Below, piece after piece: positions 45,134-54,105 of a stretch of 64,000 nt of DNA. The notes beneath the pieces are model-generated. The model was not told where the DNA came from. It saw only the letters and a program-made list of their open reading frames with translations, and searched no databases. Both the position numbers and the translations under genes were made by a program. The stretch is from contig OZ271918.1 in assembly GCA_965602015.1 (NCBI GenBank), forward strand, positions 3,136,001-3,200,000. The letters run 5' to 3'. The DNA comes from Salinispira sp. (lineage in GTDB: Bacteria; Spirochaetota; Spirochaetia; DSM-27196; Salinispiraceae). Position 1 is the first letter of the stretch, and each line of letters begins with the position of its first letter.

Positions 45134-46234
45134 ATGAAAAACCATTGGTCAGCAGTTTTGGCAGCGCTGCTCTTGCTTACCCTGCCGGCATGCAACGGCA
45201 CGGCGCAGCCCACGGACAGCAACAGCCCGGCAGAGCGCAACAGCGCTGCGCCGGATACACAGAATGAAACAGGAGTATTTTCTATGGATAACTACCCCGA
45301 CGGGCTCTATGCCCAAATGGATACCAGCAAGGGCTCAATCCTTTTAGAGCTGGAGTACGAAAAGGTCCCATTGACCGTCATCAACTTTGTCGGCCTCGCC
45401 GAGGGCACCTTGAATCACAATAAGGACGAGGGAGCCCGGTTTTACGACGGCCTGACCTTTCACCGGGTCATAGACGATTTTATGGTGCAGGGAGGCGATC
45501 CCGAAGGCAGCGGCAGAGGCGGTCCGGGTTACCGCTTTCCCGACGAATTCGACGTGTCACTGGTTCACGACGGACCGGGAATCCTTTCCATGGCTAATGC
45601 CGGCCCGGATACCAACGGAAGCCAGTTTTTTATCACCCACAAAGAAACCCCCTGGCTTGATTACAAGCACGCGGTATTCGGCCGGGTTCTTGAGGGCATG
45701 GACGTCGTTAATGATATCGCCCAGGGCGATGTGCTGGAGAGCGTAACCATCATCCGCAAGGGCAGTGATGCGGAAAACTTCACTGCAGATCAGCAGGCGT
45801 TCGAAGCCGCCCTTGCGGCAAATCCTGAGCGCCAGCAGGCATTTGACGAGGCAAAGACTGCTTCCGAAGAGCAACAGGCCGCAAGCCTCATTCCCAATGC
45901 CCAAAAAACCGACAGTGGCATTTTCTACCGGATAACCCAGGAAGGAAGCGGCGCCCAGCCCAACGCCGGCGACTCGGTGAGCATTAATTACACCGGAGCA
46001 TTTCTAAGCGGCCAGGTTTTTGACAGTTCGGAAGGCCGTGGGCCCCTCGAAGTGGAAATCGGCGTGGGCCGACTTATTCCCGGCTGGGATGAAATCGTGC
46101 TTCTTATGAAGAAAGGCGAAAAACGGGTTGTGGTTATTCCCCCTGCCCTGGCATACGGTGAGCGGGGTGCGGGCAATGTTATTCCTCCGAACGCATGGCT
46201 CTATTTTGAAATAGAACTGCTCGAAGTCAAGTAG
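45134..46234 (+). CDS. Lipoprotein peptidyl-prolyl isomerase, cyclophilin-FKBP fusion
   Basis: Lipobox LPAC; cyclophilin [40 protein letters not shown]...FDSS, IPGW, LAYG, IPPN..L.FE.EL. Confidence 0.93.
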   Translation: MKNHWSAVLAALLLLTLPACNGTAQPTDSNSPAERNSAAPDTQNETGVFSMDNYPDGLYAQMDTSKGSILLELEYEKVPLTVINFVGLAEGTLNHNKDEGARFYDGLTFHRVIDDFMVQGGDPEGSGRGGPGYRFPDEFDVSLVHDGPGILSMANAGPDTNGSQFFITHKETPWLDYKHAVFGRVLEGMDVVNDIAQGDVLESVTIIRKGSDAENFTADQQAFEAALAANPERQQAFDEAKTASEEQQAASLIPNAQKTDSGIFYRITQEGSGAQPNAGDSVSINYTGAFLSGQVFDSSEGRGPLEVEIGVGRLIPGWDEIVLLMKKGEKRVVVIPPALAYGERGAGNVIPPNAWLYFEIELLEVK

Positions 46235-46252
46235 GGGTACGTTCCCCGGCAT

Positions 46253-46279
46253 AGCCCCCGCTGTCGCGGGGGTTTTTTT
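46253..46279 (+). terminator. Intrinsic terminator
   Basis: GCCCCCGC-tgtc-GCGGGGGT followed by a T-tract. Confidence 0.85.
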
Positions 46280-46331
46280 ATGCTCAAGAAGCTTCTGTAT
46301 TATTTCCAATTTTTTCGTTATTTTCGGTTAT

Positions 46332-46374
46332 TCATGGAAATATATTTTGATATTTCTATGATCTGCGATATAAT
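46332..46374 (+). promoter_or_regulatory. Inverted-repeat operator overlapping a sigma70 promoter of the outer-membrane protein gene
   Basis: TCATGGAAATAT-N6-ATATTTCTATGA (11/12 symmetric); TTGATA, 16 bp, TATAAT (46369-74). Confidence 0.55.
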
Positions 46375-46400
46375 ACGATTCATATGGAAAGGGGTTGTGC

Positions 46401-47063
46401 ATGATAAAAAAATATCTACCCGCATTGTTTTTATTGTCCGTTTTGAGCGCGGCCTTTGCTCAGGAACTGCACCAGGGTATTTCCCTGGGCTATCAGGAAG
46501 ATATCGCCGGATATGTCAGTCTCGATGTGGAAAACCTCAATCAGGGCATACCGCTGAGCTTTGGCATTCGACTCGGTTACTCCTACCAGTTTGACAGCGG
46601 TAATGCAGAGGACGCCCGGAAGATTTTTATAAACGACAACACCGGCGGAACCATCCAGAAATTCGGCAGCAGCATCCTTCTGGCCGCCGATTTGCGTTAC
46701 CGCCTTTATCAAAATGAAAACCTGGCACTGCGGCTCTTCGGAGGCCCGCGAGGGGCTCTCTATCAGGCTCACTATGCTTATCTGGGAGACAATGAGGACT
46801 TCGATGTTCGTTCCAACCAGGGCGGCGCCGGGGCCGGCGTACAGGTTGTCATTCCAATAAATCAGCAGGCGAGCCTTACCATGTCGGCGGGTATCGACTA
46901 TTATTTTCCCGCTACCCTCCAGGGCCACGGGCAGTTCTTGTACAACCCCGAATCAATCGATGACAACCCGCGAAACGACTACGGCTGGGAAGATGCCGAT
47001 GCCGCGGTGAATCAGCCGGGAATATCCACTCCGGCGTACTTCGGCATTCGCTGGAAACTATAG
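46401..47063 (+). CDS. Outer-membrane beta-barrel protein (OmpA/OmpW-like small barrel)
   Basis: Signal peptide ending AFA; alternating amphipathic strands (FGIRLGYSY, ADLRYRL, AGIDYYF, terminal YFGIRWKL). Confidence 0.75.
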   Translation: MIKKYLPALFLLSVLSAAFAQELHQGISLGYQEDIAGYVSLDVENLNQGIPLSFGIRLGYSYQFDSGNAEDARKIFINDNTGGTIQKFGSSILLAADLRYRLYQNENLALRLFGGPRGALYQAHYAYLGDNEDFDVRSNQGGAGAGVQVVIPINQQASLTMSAGIDYYFPATLQGHGQFLYNPESIDDNPRNDYGWEDADAAVNQPGISTPAYFGIRWKL

Positions 47064-47088
47064 AGCAGCGTTTATTATCGCAAACGGA

Positions 47089-47868
47089 TCAGCGCGGCGG
47101 CTCCAGGCAGTCCATCGGGAAGTCCGCCACCGATTCAATTATCATATCCGGGCGATAGGGATATGCCTCCACCTGTTCGCGTCGGGTAACTCCGGATAGC
47201 ACCAGGCAGGTACTCATTCCAGCCTCCAGTCCGCCGACGATATCCGTATCCATGCGGTCCCCAATTACCAGAGTGTCATCCGGGTGGACACCGAGCTTCC
47301 TGGTGGCAATGGTCATCATAAGACTGTTCGGCTTACCGATAATGTAGGGCTTCGAACCGCTAGCGGTCTCGATTGCGCTCAGGATGCTGCCGCAGGCCGG
47401 TTCGAAACCGTCTTCAGTAGGATCAATAATATCCGGATTCGTTCCTATGAACCGGGCACCCCGCGAAATGAATTTCGCGGCGTTTTTCATGTGGGTAAAG
47501 GTAAAATCCGGGGTTTTTCCCACCACCACGAACTCCGGATCCTCTTCGGTCAATATAAATCCCGCGGCATCAAGTTCAAAAATCAATCCCGGCTCCCCAA
47601 TTGCATACACCCGGGCGCCGGGGCATTGCTGGCTGAGGAATAACGCCGTGGCCATGGCTGAGGTAATAAAATCGCCGGCTTCCAAACCGTAAATTCCCCG
47701 GGCCTCAAGCTTCGCTTTCAGGTCGTTTGGCACAAGTCCAGAGTTGTTCGTGAGAAAGAGGAATGGAATGTTGGCAGACCTCAAATTGCCGATGAACTCA
47801 TTCGCTCCGGGAATCAATGCGCTTCCCCGGTAAATCACGCCGTCCATGTCCGAAATTACACTTTTCAT
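47089..47868 (-). CDS. nagD: HAD-IIA family hydrolase (NagD-like)
   Basis: DMDGVIY, LTNN, TNPD, GKP, IGDRMDTDI.GG..AG, VLSG. Confidence 0.88.
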   Translation of the reverse strand: MKSVISDMDGVIYRGSALIPGANEFIGNLRSANIPFLFLTNNSGLVPNDLKAKLEARGIYGLEAGDFITSAMATALFLSQQCPGARVYAIGEPGLIFELDAAGFILTEEDPEFVVVGKTPDFTFTHMKNAAKFISRGARFIGTNPDIIDPTEDGFEPACGSILSAIETASGSKPYIIGKPNSLMMTIATRKLGVHPDDTLVIGDRMDTDIVGGLEAGMSTCLVLSGVTRREQVEAYPYRPDMIIESVADFPMDCLEPPR

Positions 47869-47914
47869 ATGTGAGGATTATAGCCATTCACCGCATTCTC
47901 AGAAAGTCGGAACG

Positions 47915-47960
47915 CTGTGAAATAGTGTAACAGTTGATCGACTGTTACGAAATTACACAG
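47915..47960. promoter_or_regulatory. Tandem enhancer (UAS) for a sigma54 activator: two TGT-N11-ACA sites
   Basis: TGTGAAATAGTGTAACA (47916-32) and TGTTACGAAATTACACA (47943-59), which together form one long inverted repeat. Confidence 0.7.
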
Positions 47961-48067
47961 CCGCTATCCATTCCGTTGAGGGTCCCAGCCCTTCACTATT
48001 GGTGAAACCGACTACAAAATGTCCGATTTACCTGCTTTTTTCCCATTTTTTCACCCTCGCTTAAAAT

Positions 48068-48083
48068 TGGCACGGAACCTGCA
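48068..48083 (+). promoter_or_regulatory. Sigma54 -24/-12 promoter
   Basis: TGGCACGGAACCTGCA: GG-N10-GC with TGGCAC; the downstream cluster encodes a GAFTGA activator. Confidence 0.85.
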
Positions 48084-48094
48084 TATTGGTATCC

Positions 48095-49684
48095 ATGAAC
48101 CATAAAACCCCAATGCTTGGACTGCTTTTGTCTATCGTGATGAGTCTGGCCCAAGACCTTGCGGCCCAGGAGATTGTAGCCCAGGATACATCGGCCCGGG
48201 CGATTCCAACCCCGGCAAGCTCGACCCAGGATGCCGACGAAAAAGCGCAGGACTACGATTCGCTGCTCGCGATGTGGATGTCTTCAGATACTGATCTGGC
48301 CATTGCCGCGCTCAATCTGCAAAGCCAGGAGATTCAATTTTCCAGTGACCATACCGGCCTTGATAACAGTTGGTCCTTCGGACTCGGCGGCCCCCAGAGC
48401 GCCGGAGTGGAAATCCGGGAAAGCCCTTCGGGTGAAGGGCTCTATGCCGGCATCTCTCCCCGGGCGTCCCTTTTCATCGGCGATGAACACCAAAGCAGCG
48501 CTTCGATTTCCGCGCGGGTCAGCGGACACGGAACAGATCCCCTGACCGTTCAACCAGCCGTCAGTCTTGAGCACCGGCTTGATGATATCTTCCAGGCCGA
48601 CACGGCAGATCCCGATGAACTCGGCAGCCTGATATCCTTGTATCAGGCCAGGATACATTACCGGCAGGCGCAGGCGGACAGCGAAGGAGCGCTGCTCGCC
48701 CGGCTTGAAGACCTGTGGTCTCAGGTACTCCAGATTGAAGCTCAGGAGTTTTCCCTGGGTCTTCTCCAGGAGCAGAGGGCGGAAGCTGTTGATGTCCTGC
48801 TCTATTCTCCGGACAGCAGTTTTGTCTCTAATATTGATGCCCAGGTCTCGTCGGCAACCCGCCGCCTGGAGAGAAGCCGCGACCGTCTCAATCAGGATTT
48901 CGCCCATTTCACCGCGCTGAGCTCGGTGCCCGTGAACGCAGCGGTTCTGGAAGACCTTCTCAACGAAGCGGTTGAGCCGTATATCGGGGAAGGAAGTGAT
49001 TGGCTTGCAAAACCGGACTACCAGGTCCCTGAAACCCGCGCTTTTTCGGCATACCAACTCGAAGCCCTCAATCTCGATCTCGCCCGGCTTCGCCTGGAAA
49101 ACAGCATGGAGAAAGAAAAGGCCGATATAAACCTCGGGCTCTCCGCCGACGCAGCAATTACAGAACGCAGCTTTGAATCGGGAAATGTTTCCGGGGGAAT
49201 ATCGCTCAATCTGGGTCCCCGAATCAGCGGCAACCTCAGCCTCGGCTACCAATACGGCAATCAGGCTCAAGGAGTGGACGGGCCCTACCTGAGCGCGGGG
49301 CTGTCATGGTCGTCAAACCAGTTCCGCAGTGCGGAGGACCTGACCTTGAAGCAGCTCGAGACCCAGCTGCAGCGAAGCATCCTGATGCTTGAAAACACAG
49401 AAGACAGCATCGCCCAACTTCGCGTCTCGTATCAAAACCAGCTCGAATCCGCTACTGACGCAATACAGGACCGTATCGATGAACTACAGACCCTGAACCA
49501 GGAGGCAGCGGAACTACTGGAATCCCAAGGTTTGGGCGTGGCATCTCAAGATGATATCGATCAGATTGAGCATGAAATCAGGCAAACCGCCGGCGCACTG
49601 ATCAGCGGCGTCATAGAAGTCAAAAAACTGCTCAACGCAATCGCCCGGGACAGTCTTCCCGTTGGTACCGGCGGCGACCAGTAG
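48095..49684 (+). CDS. TolC-like outer-membrane efflux protein
   Basis: Signal peptide; two repeats of long helical segments plus beta-strand segments; first gene before the MFP and ABC genes. Confidence 0.65.
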   Translation: MNHKTPMLGLLLSIVMSLAQDLAAQEIVAQDTSARAIPTPASSTQDADEKAQDYDSLLAMWMSSDTDLAIAALNLQSQEIQFSSDHTGLDNSWSFGLGGPQSAGVEIRESPSGEGLYAGISPRASLFIGDEHQSSASISARVSGHGTDPLTVQPAVSLEHRLDDIFQADTADPDELGSLISLYQARIHYRQAQADSEGALLARLEDLWSQVLQIEAQEFSLGLLQEQRAEAVDVLLYSPDSSFVSNIDAQVSSATRRLERSRDRLNQDFAHFTALSSVPVNAAVLEDLLNEAVEPYIGEGSDWLAKPDYQVPETRAFSAYQLEALNLDLARLRLENSMEKEKADINLGLSADAAITERSFESGNVSGGISLNLGPRISGNLSLGYQYGNQAQGVDGPYLSAGLSWSSNQFRSAEDLTLKQLETQLQRSILMLENTEDSIAQLRVSYQNQLESATDAIQDRIDELQTLNQEAAELLESQGLGVASQDDIDQIEHEIRQTAGALISGVIEVKKLLNAIARDSLPVGTGGDQ

Positions 49685-49695
49685 GAGAAAGAACA

Positions 49696-50859
49696 ATGAA
49701 TGCACAAACAGGAAAACAGAGGAAAAGAATCATCGCTATTATCCTCATACTAGTTATTGTGATTGCTTCGGCGGGGACCGCAGCGGCAATCCGCACCCGC
49801 GCAGCAAGACAAACCCCGGATCTTTCAGAGGCAGTGACATACACCGTTACCCGGCTTTCCCATTCCCAGACTATTGAGGCCAGCGGGAACATAGAGGCGG
49901 TGCGGTCACAGGATGCCCAGTTCCGCAGCGCGGGACGTATTGAAGAGATCATGGTAGAAATCGGTCAAGAAGTGGAAGGAAATCAGCTTCTGGCACAACT
50001 CGATGATGACCGCCTGCGCTATGAACTGGCGCAGATCGACTATTCAATTTCCCAAAGCCGCAGCAGCGCAAGCCCCCGGGAGCTCGAGCTTCTGAACATG
50101 CAGCGCAGTCTGAAACTTGAAGAACTCGATGACAGCCAGCTGCGGGCGGAGTTTTCCGGAATCGTATCAGCTGTCCATGCTGAAATAGGAGATACCGCCA
50201 CCCAGGGCAGCCCGATTATGCGGATTATCGATGTTTCGCAAATGACTGCTATCGTAGCCATAGATGAAATCGATGCGCCGTTTATTCGGGAGGGCCAGCG
50301 GGTTGAGTTCATTTTCGATGCCTACCCTGAGGTCCGGTACAACGGGTACGTCTCCGGTATTCCCCGGGAAGCCCGGATAACCGCAAATGGCATAGCCGTC
50401 CTCGATGTGGAGCTCATGCTCAGCAATCCCGACGCTTCCCTAAAGCCGGCCTTCACATTCACCGCAGAGATTTTTGTCAGCGACGCAGAGGATATCTTGG
50501 TTATCGATAAAAACGCCGTCATGAGCCAGGCTGCGGCGGCGGGCATGGGCCTCGCACTGAGGGTTCCAGCCGAGGAAGACGAAAGACCTCAGCCGGTCAG
50601 GGTGCAGTTCGAAGAATATGACAACGATCGTTACCGGGTCATCGCCGGACTGTCCGAGGCGGATGTACTGTTATCACCTCAGTCCCTTGCCAGCGGGGAG
50701 CGCCGCCTGCAAGCCGGAGGTCTTCTGCCTCCCGGAGCAGGCAGGGCATTCGGAGACCGGCCCATTGCTCCAACGGGAGCGGCGCCGGGAGCTCGACCCG
50801 AGGGAGCAGCGGGATCCGCCGGATCGGTTCGCGGCGGGGCAGCCGGAGGGGGCAACTGA
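49696..50859 (+). CDS. Periplasmic adaptor (MacA-like membrane fusion protein)
   Basis: N-terminal TM; ASG.I, G.I..I.V..GQ.V...QLLA.LD, L.A..SG.V, IDE.D...I..GQ.V...DAYP. Confidence 0.92.
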   Translation: MNAQTGKQRKRIIAIILILVIVIASAGTAAAIRTRAARQTPDLSEAVTYTVTRLSHSQTIEASGNIEAVRSQDAQFRSAGRIEEIMVEIGQEVEGNQLLAQLDDDRLRYELAQIDYSISQSRSSASPRELELLNMQRSLKLEELDDSQLRAEFSGIVSAVHAEIGDTATQGSPIMRIIDVSQMTAIVAIDEIDAPFIREGQRVEFIFDAYPEVRYNGYVSGIPREARITANGIAVLDVELMLSNPDASLKPAFTFTAEIFVSDAEDILVIDKNAVMSQAAAAGMGLALRVPAEEDERPQPVRVQFEEYDNDRYRVIAGLSEADVLLSPQSLASGERRLQAGGLLPPGAGRAFGDRPIAPTGAAPGARPEGAAGSAGSVRGGAAGGGN

Positions 50860-51536
50860 TGGAGGCGGTAATCCGTACAATCAGCCTGAAGCGGCATTAC
50901 GCCATGGGCGATTCGCTGGTCAAGGCCCTGGACGGTGTTTCAATGGAAATCCGCTCCGGGGAGATGGTTTCGGTTATAGGACCCTCGGGTTCAGGAAAAT
51001 CCACGCTTATGCATTTGATTGGCTGCCTCGACAGCCCCAGCGAGGGCAGCATTTTTATCGATGAAGAGGATATCAGCGACTTCGGAGAGAAGCAGCTGGC
51101 GGAGATCCGGAACCGCAAGATCGGATTCGTGTTTCAACAGTTCAATCTGCTCTCGAAAACAAGCATACTCGACAATGTTTCGACCCCGCTAATGTACGCC
51201 GGGGTTCCCGCCTCGCAGCGGCGCAGACGGGCTGAGGAAGCCCTGGTCCGGGTAGGTCTGGCGGACCGCATTCACCACCGTCCGAATGAATTATCAGGAG
51301 GTCAGCGACAGCGGGCGGCCATTGCCAGGGCCCTGGTTACCCGGCCAAGCCTCATCTTGGCAGATGAACCGACCGGCGCCCTGGACACCAAAACCGGCGC
51401 CCAAATTATCCGCTTATTCCACGAGCTGCACGCCGAGGGCAATAGCTTCCTCATCGTCACCCATGATCCCGAAGTCAGCGCGGAATGCCAGAGGACCATT
51501 CGCCTGAGAGACGGCCTGGTCGAAGGAGCAGCCTGA
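50859..51536 (+). CDS. ABC transporter ATP-binding protein (MacB/LolD family)
   Basis: GPSGSGKST, IGFVFQQFNL, LSGGQRQR, ADEPTGALD, VTHD. Confidence 0.96.
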   Translation: MEAVIRTISLKRHYAMGDSLVKALDGVSMEIRSGEMVSVIGPSGSGKSTLMHLIGCLDSPSEGSIFIDEEDISDFGEKQLAEIRNRKIGFVFQQFNLLSKTSILDNVSTPLMYAGVPASQRRRRAEEALVRVGLADRIHHRPNELSGGQRQRAAIARALVTRPSLILADEPTGALDTKTGAQIIRLFHELHAEGNSFLIVTHDPEVSAECQRTIRLRDGLVEGAA

Positions 51537-52723
51537 TGTTCATAGAAAACCTTCGCCTCGCCCTGCAGAGCTTCTTTACCAACAAAATGCGCACCCTGCT
51601 GTCGGTTCTCGGCATCGTCATTGGGGTCGCATCGGTAATAGCTGTAACGTCCCTTGGCAACAGCGCAACCCAGACTATTCAGCGGCAAATCGCATCGACG
51701 GGTCTGGAGAGCATAACGGTAATGCCCCGGGGCTTCAGCCGCGACGTGGAGACGAACTTCACCGTCGAACTTGCCCAGTCAATAATGGAAAATGTGGACG
51801 GCATTGAGTACGCCGTTCCGATGAACAGCGCCGGAGTCTACATTCGCGCAGGCCGGAATTCCTGGAGCGGCAGCGCCAACGCCGTTTTCCCGGAGTACGC
51901 TGAGGTGTTCGATTACCAGGTTTCCCAAGGAAGCTTCATCAGTCCGGAAATGAACAGCAGTGCGGATATGTCTCTGGTTCTGGGGAGCGAGGTGGCGGAA
52001 GAGCTCTTTCCAGACGGCGATGCCATAGGGCGCTATGTGCGGGTGTTTGCCGGTAACTCGAGCCGCAGTTTCAGGGTGGTCGGCGTTATGGCTACCCGCA
52101 CTGCAAGTTTCGGCCAATCTTTTGACTCAGTGGTGTACCTTCCCTATAACAGCTACGCCCAGAGGGTGAGCGGCTCCGAACAGGTCGGCAGTTACGCCCT
52201 TGGAACCCTTGAGGGCGCCGATGTGCTGGCCATCGCCGATGAGCTTGAATCGTTTCTGACAATCAGGCTCGGCGAGGACAGCTTTCGCATTTTGAGTCCC
52301 GCGACCATAGCCGAAGCGGCCAGTTCGATCACCGAAACCCTCCAGCTCGTGTTGGCGGGAATCGCCGCCATATCCCTGTTAGTAGGGGGCATAGGGATAA
52401 TGAATATTATGCTGGTAGCCGTCGCCGAACGGACAAGGGAAATCGGAATCCGGAAGGCGCTTGGAGCCACGCCGGGCTATATCCGCGGTCAATTCCTGGT
52501 CGAATCCGCAAGCCTGACCCTGATTGGGGGAATCATCGGCTTGCTGCTCGGACTTGGGGTCTCTATCGCAGCGGTTGGGGCCTTCGGTTGGGAATTTATT
52601 CCAAGTTCCACTGCGATTCTCCTGTCGGTGTTGTTTTCCGCGGGAATAGGCATTTTTTTCGGCTACTATCCGGCCCACCGTGCAAGCACCCTCGATCCGA
52701 TAATTGCGTTAAACTATGAATAA
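51536..52723 (+). CDS. ABC transporter permease (MacB/FtsX family)
   Basis: NKMRT.LS.LGI.IGV.SVI, ISLLVGGIGIMNIML..V.ERT.EIGIRKALGA, FFGYYPA.RA..LDP..AL. Confidence 0.95.
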   Translation: MFIENLRLALQSFFTNKMRTLLSVLGIVIGVASVIAVTSLGNSATQTIQRQIASTGLESITVMPRGFSRDVETNFTVELAQSIMENVDGIEYAVPMNSAGVYIRAGRNSWSGSANAVFPEYAEVFDYQVSQGSFISPEMNSSADMSLVLGSEVAEELFPDGDAIGRYVRVFAGNSSRSFRVVGVMATRTASFGQSFDSVVYLPYNSYAQRVSGSEQVGSYALGTLEGADVLAIADELESFLTIRLGEDSFRILSPATIAEAASSITETLQLVLAGIAAISLLVGGIGIMNIMLVAVAERTREIGIRKALGATPGYIRGQFLVESASLTLIGGIIGLLLGLGVSIAAVGAFGWEFIPSSTAILLSVLFSAGIGIFFGYYPAHRASTLDPIIALNYE

Positions 52724-54104
52724 TATGAAACAAGCCGCGCAAGCCGGACCCCAGAGGGGTAGAATCGCCACAATCCTCGTCGGCGCATACCTGCTGCTCA
52801 GTATGCTGCTGTTTATCGTTTTCGACGGTGCCCAGAGACGCAGCGCCCTTCTGGACAGACTGCTTTTCGAACAGGAGATTGGAAGAATTCTCTCGATGAC
52901 CCGATTGGTTCCTCTGTTTCAGGGAAACATCGATCTTGAAAATATAAACATGTATTCGCCCATAGAGATATTAGGCGCAGGGTTCTATGATGATGCGGGG
53001 GAGCTTATCTATGGCATGGGTGAACATCCCCTGAACGCGGTCAGACCCAGGAACGAAGAGACGGAATTTCGCCGCGTCGGCAGCTCCAATGTATTTGAGT
53101 ATTACCGCTCGTTCGCAGATCGCGATATTCCCGGCGGAAACCTTCGTCTTTTGCTACCGGGCTTCCGCCCGAGGACCCCTGAAATCCCGGAATCTCAGGC
53201 GGGGAGCGATAACCGGCGCCCGGGCCTCAGCGCTGCAGAAGGGCTCCCGGGAAATGTACCGGATTCGGTATATCTTTTGGCAAGAATCTCTGAACCGGGT
53301 CCGGGCTACAACCAATTATGGCTTCTCTACGCAGTTCTCGAGATCATTCTCGGAATCCTGTTCGCCGTCTTCGGGCGAATGTATTACCGAAATCACCAAT
53401 ATCGGATGCAAATCGAAGCTCAGCGTCAGCTTGTGCATCTCGGTCAGGCAGCCAGAACACTCACTCATGAAATAAAAAACCCCTTGAGCGCCATCGGTCT
53501 CAGAGTTAATCTTCTTCGAAAACGCGGTGTCGACGAAACCCGGGAAGACCTGGATGTCATCCAGGAAGAGCTGGATAGACTAAATGAGCTCAGCAGCCGC
53601 ATCAGGGAATTTCTCAAAAACCCTGCGGGAAATCCTGAGCTAGTTGATCTAGGGGATTTCACCAGAGAGTTAGTCAAACGCTTTCCTATGGCAAGCCTGG
53701 TAGTAAACCGGCCCGATGAAAACAGCCCGTACCTCATATCCGCCGACCCCGCCAGACTGCGTTCAATTATCGAAAACCTCATGCTCAACGCCCAGGAATC
53801 GCAGCGGGATTCTACGGTGGAGGTCGAACTCACGAGGCAGAGAAACGCCATAGTATTGTCGGTTTTGGACCGGGGACCGGGAATCAGCGGGGACATACAA
53901 GAACGGATTTTCGAACCGTTTTTTACTACGAAAACCACCGGTTCGGGAATCGGACTGGCTATTTCGCGGCAGTTCGCCAGGGCTGTTGACGGGGATCTGC
54001 GATATCATCCGAGGGAGGGAGGCGGGAGCGAGTTCCGCCTGCGGTTTCCCGCCGTCAACGCACATACAGCTATCCGGAGGCCCGACGACGTGAGGAAGGC
54101 ATGA
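52716..54104 (+). CDS. Membrane sensor histidine kinase
   Basis: Two TM with periplasmic loop; H-box THEIKNPL; NL..NA, DRGPG, FEPFFTTK, GSGIGL. Confidence 0.95.
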   Translation: MNNMKQAAQAGPQRGRIATILVGAYLLLSMLLFIVFDGAQRRSALLDRLLFEQEIGRILSMTRLVPLFQGNIDLENINMYSPIEILGAGFYDDAGELIYGMGEHPLNAVRPRNEETEFRRVGSSNVFEYYRSFADRDIPGGNLRLLLPGFRPRTPEIPESQAGSDNRRPGLSAAEGLPGNVPDSVYLLARISEPGPGYNQLWLLYAVLEIILGILFAVFGRMYYRNHQYRMQIEAQRQLVHLGQAARTLTHEIKNPLSAIGLRVNLLRKRGVDETREDLDVIQEELDRLNELSSRIREFLKNPAGNPELVDLGDFTRELVKRFPMASLVVNRPDENSPYLISADPARLRSIIENLMLNAQESQRDSTVEVELTRQRNAIVLSVLDRGPGISGDIQERIFEPFFTTKTTGSGIGLAISRQFARAVDGDLRYHPREGGGSEFRLRFPAVNAHTAIRRPDDVRKA

Positions 54105-54105
54105 C

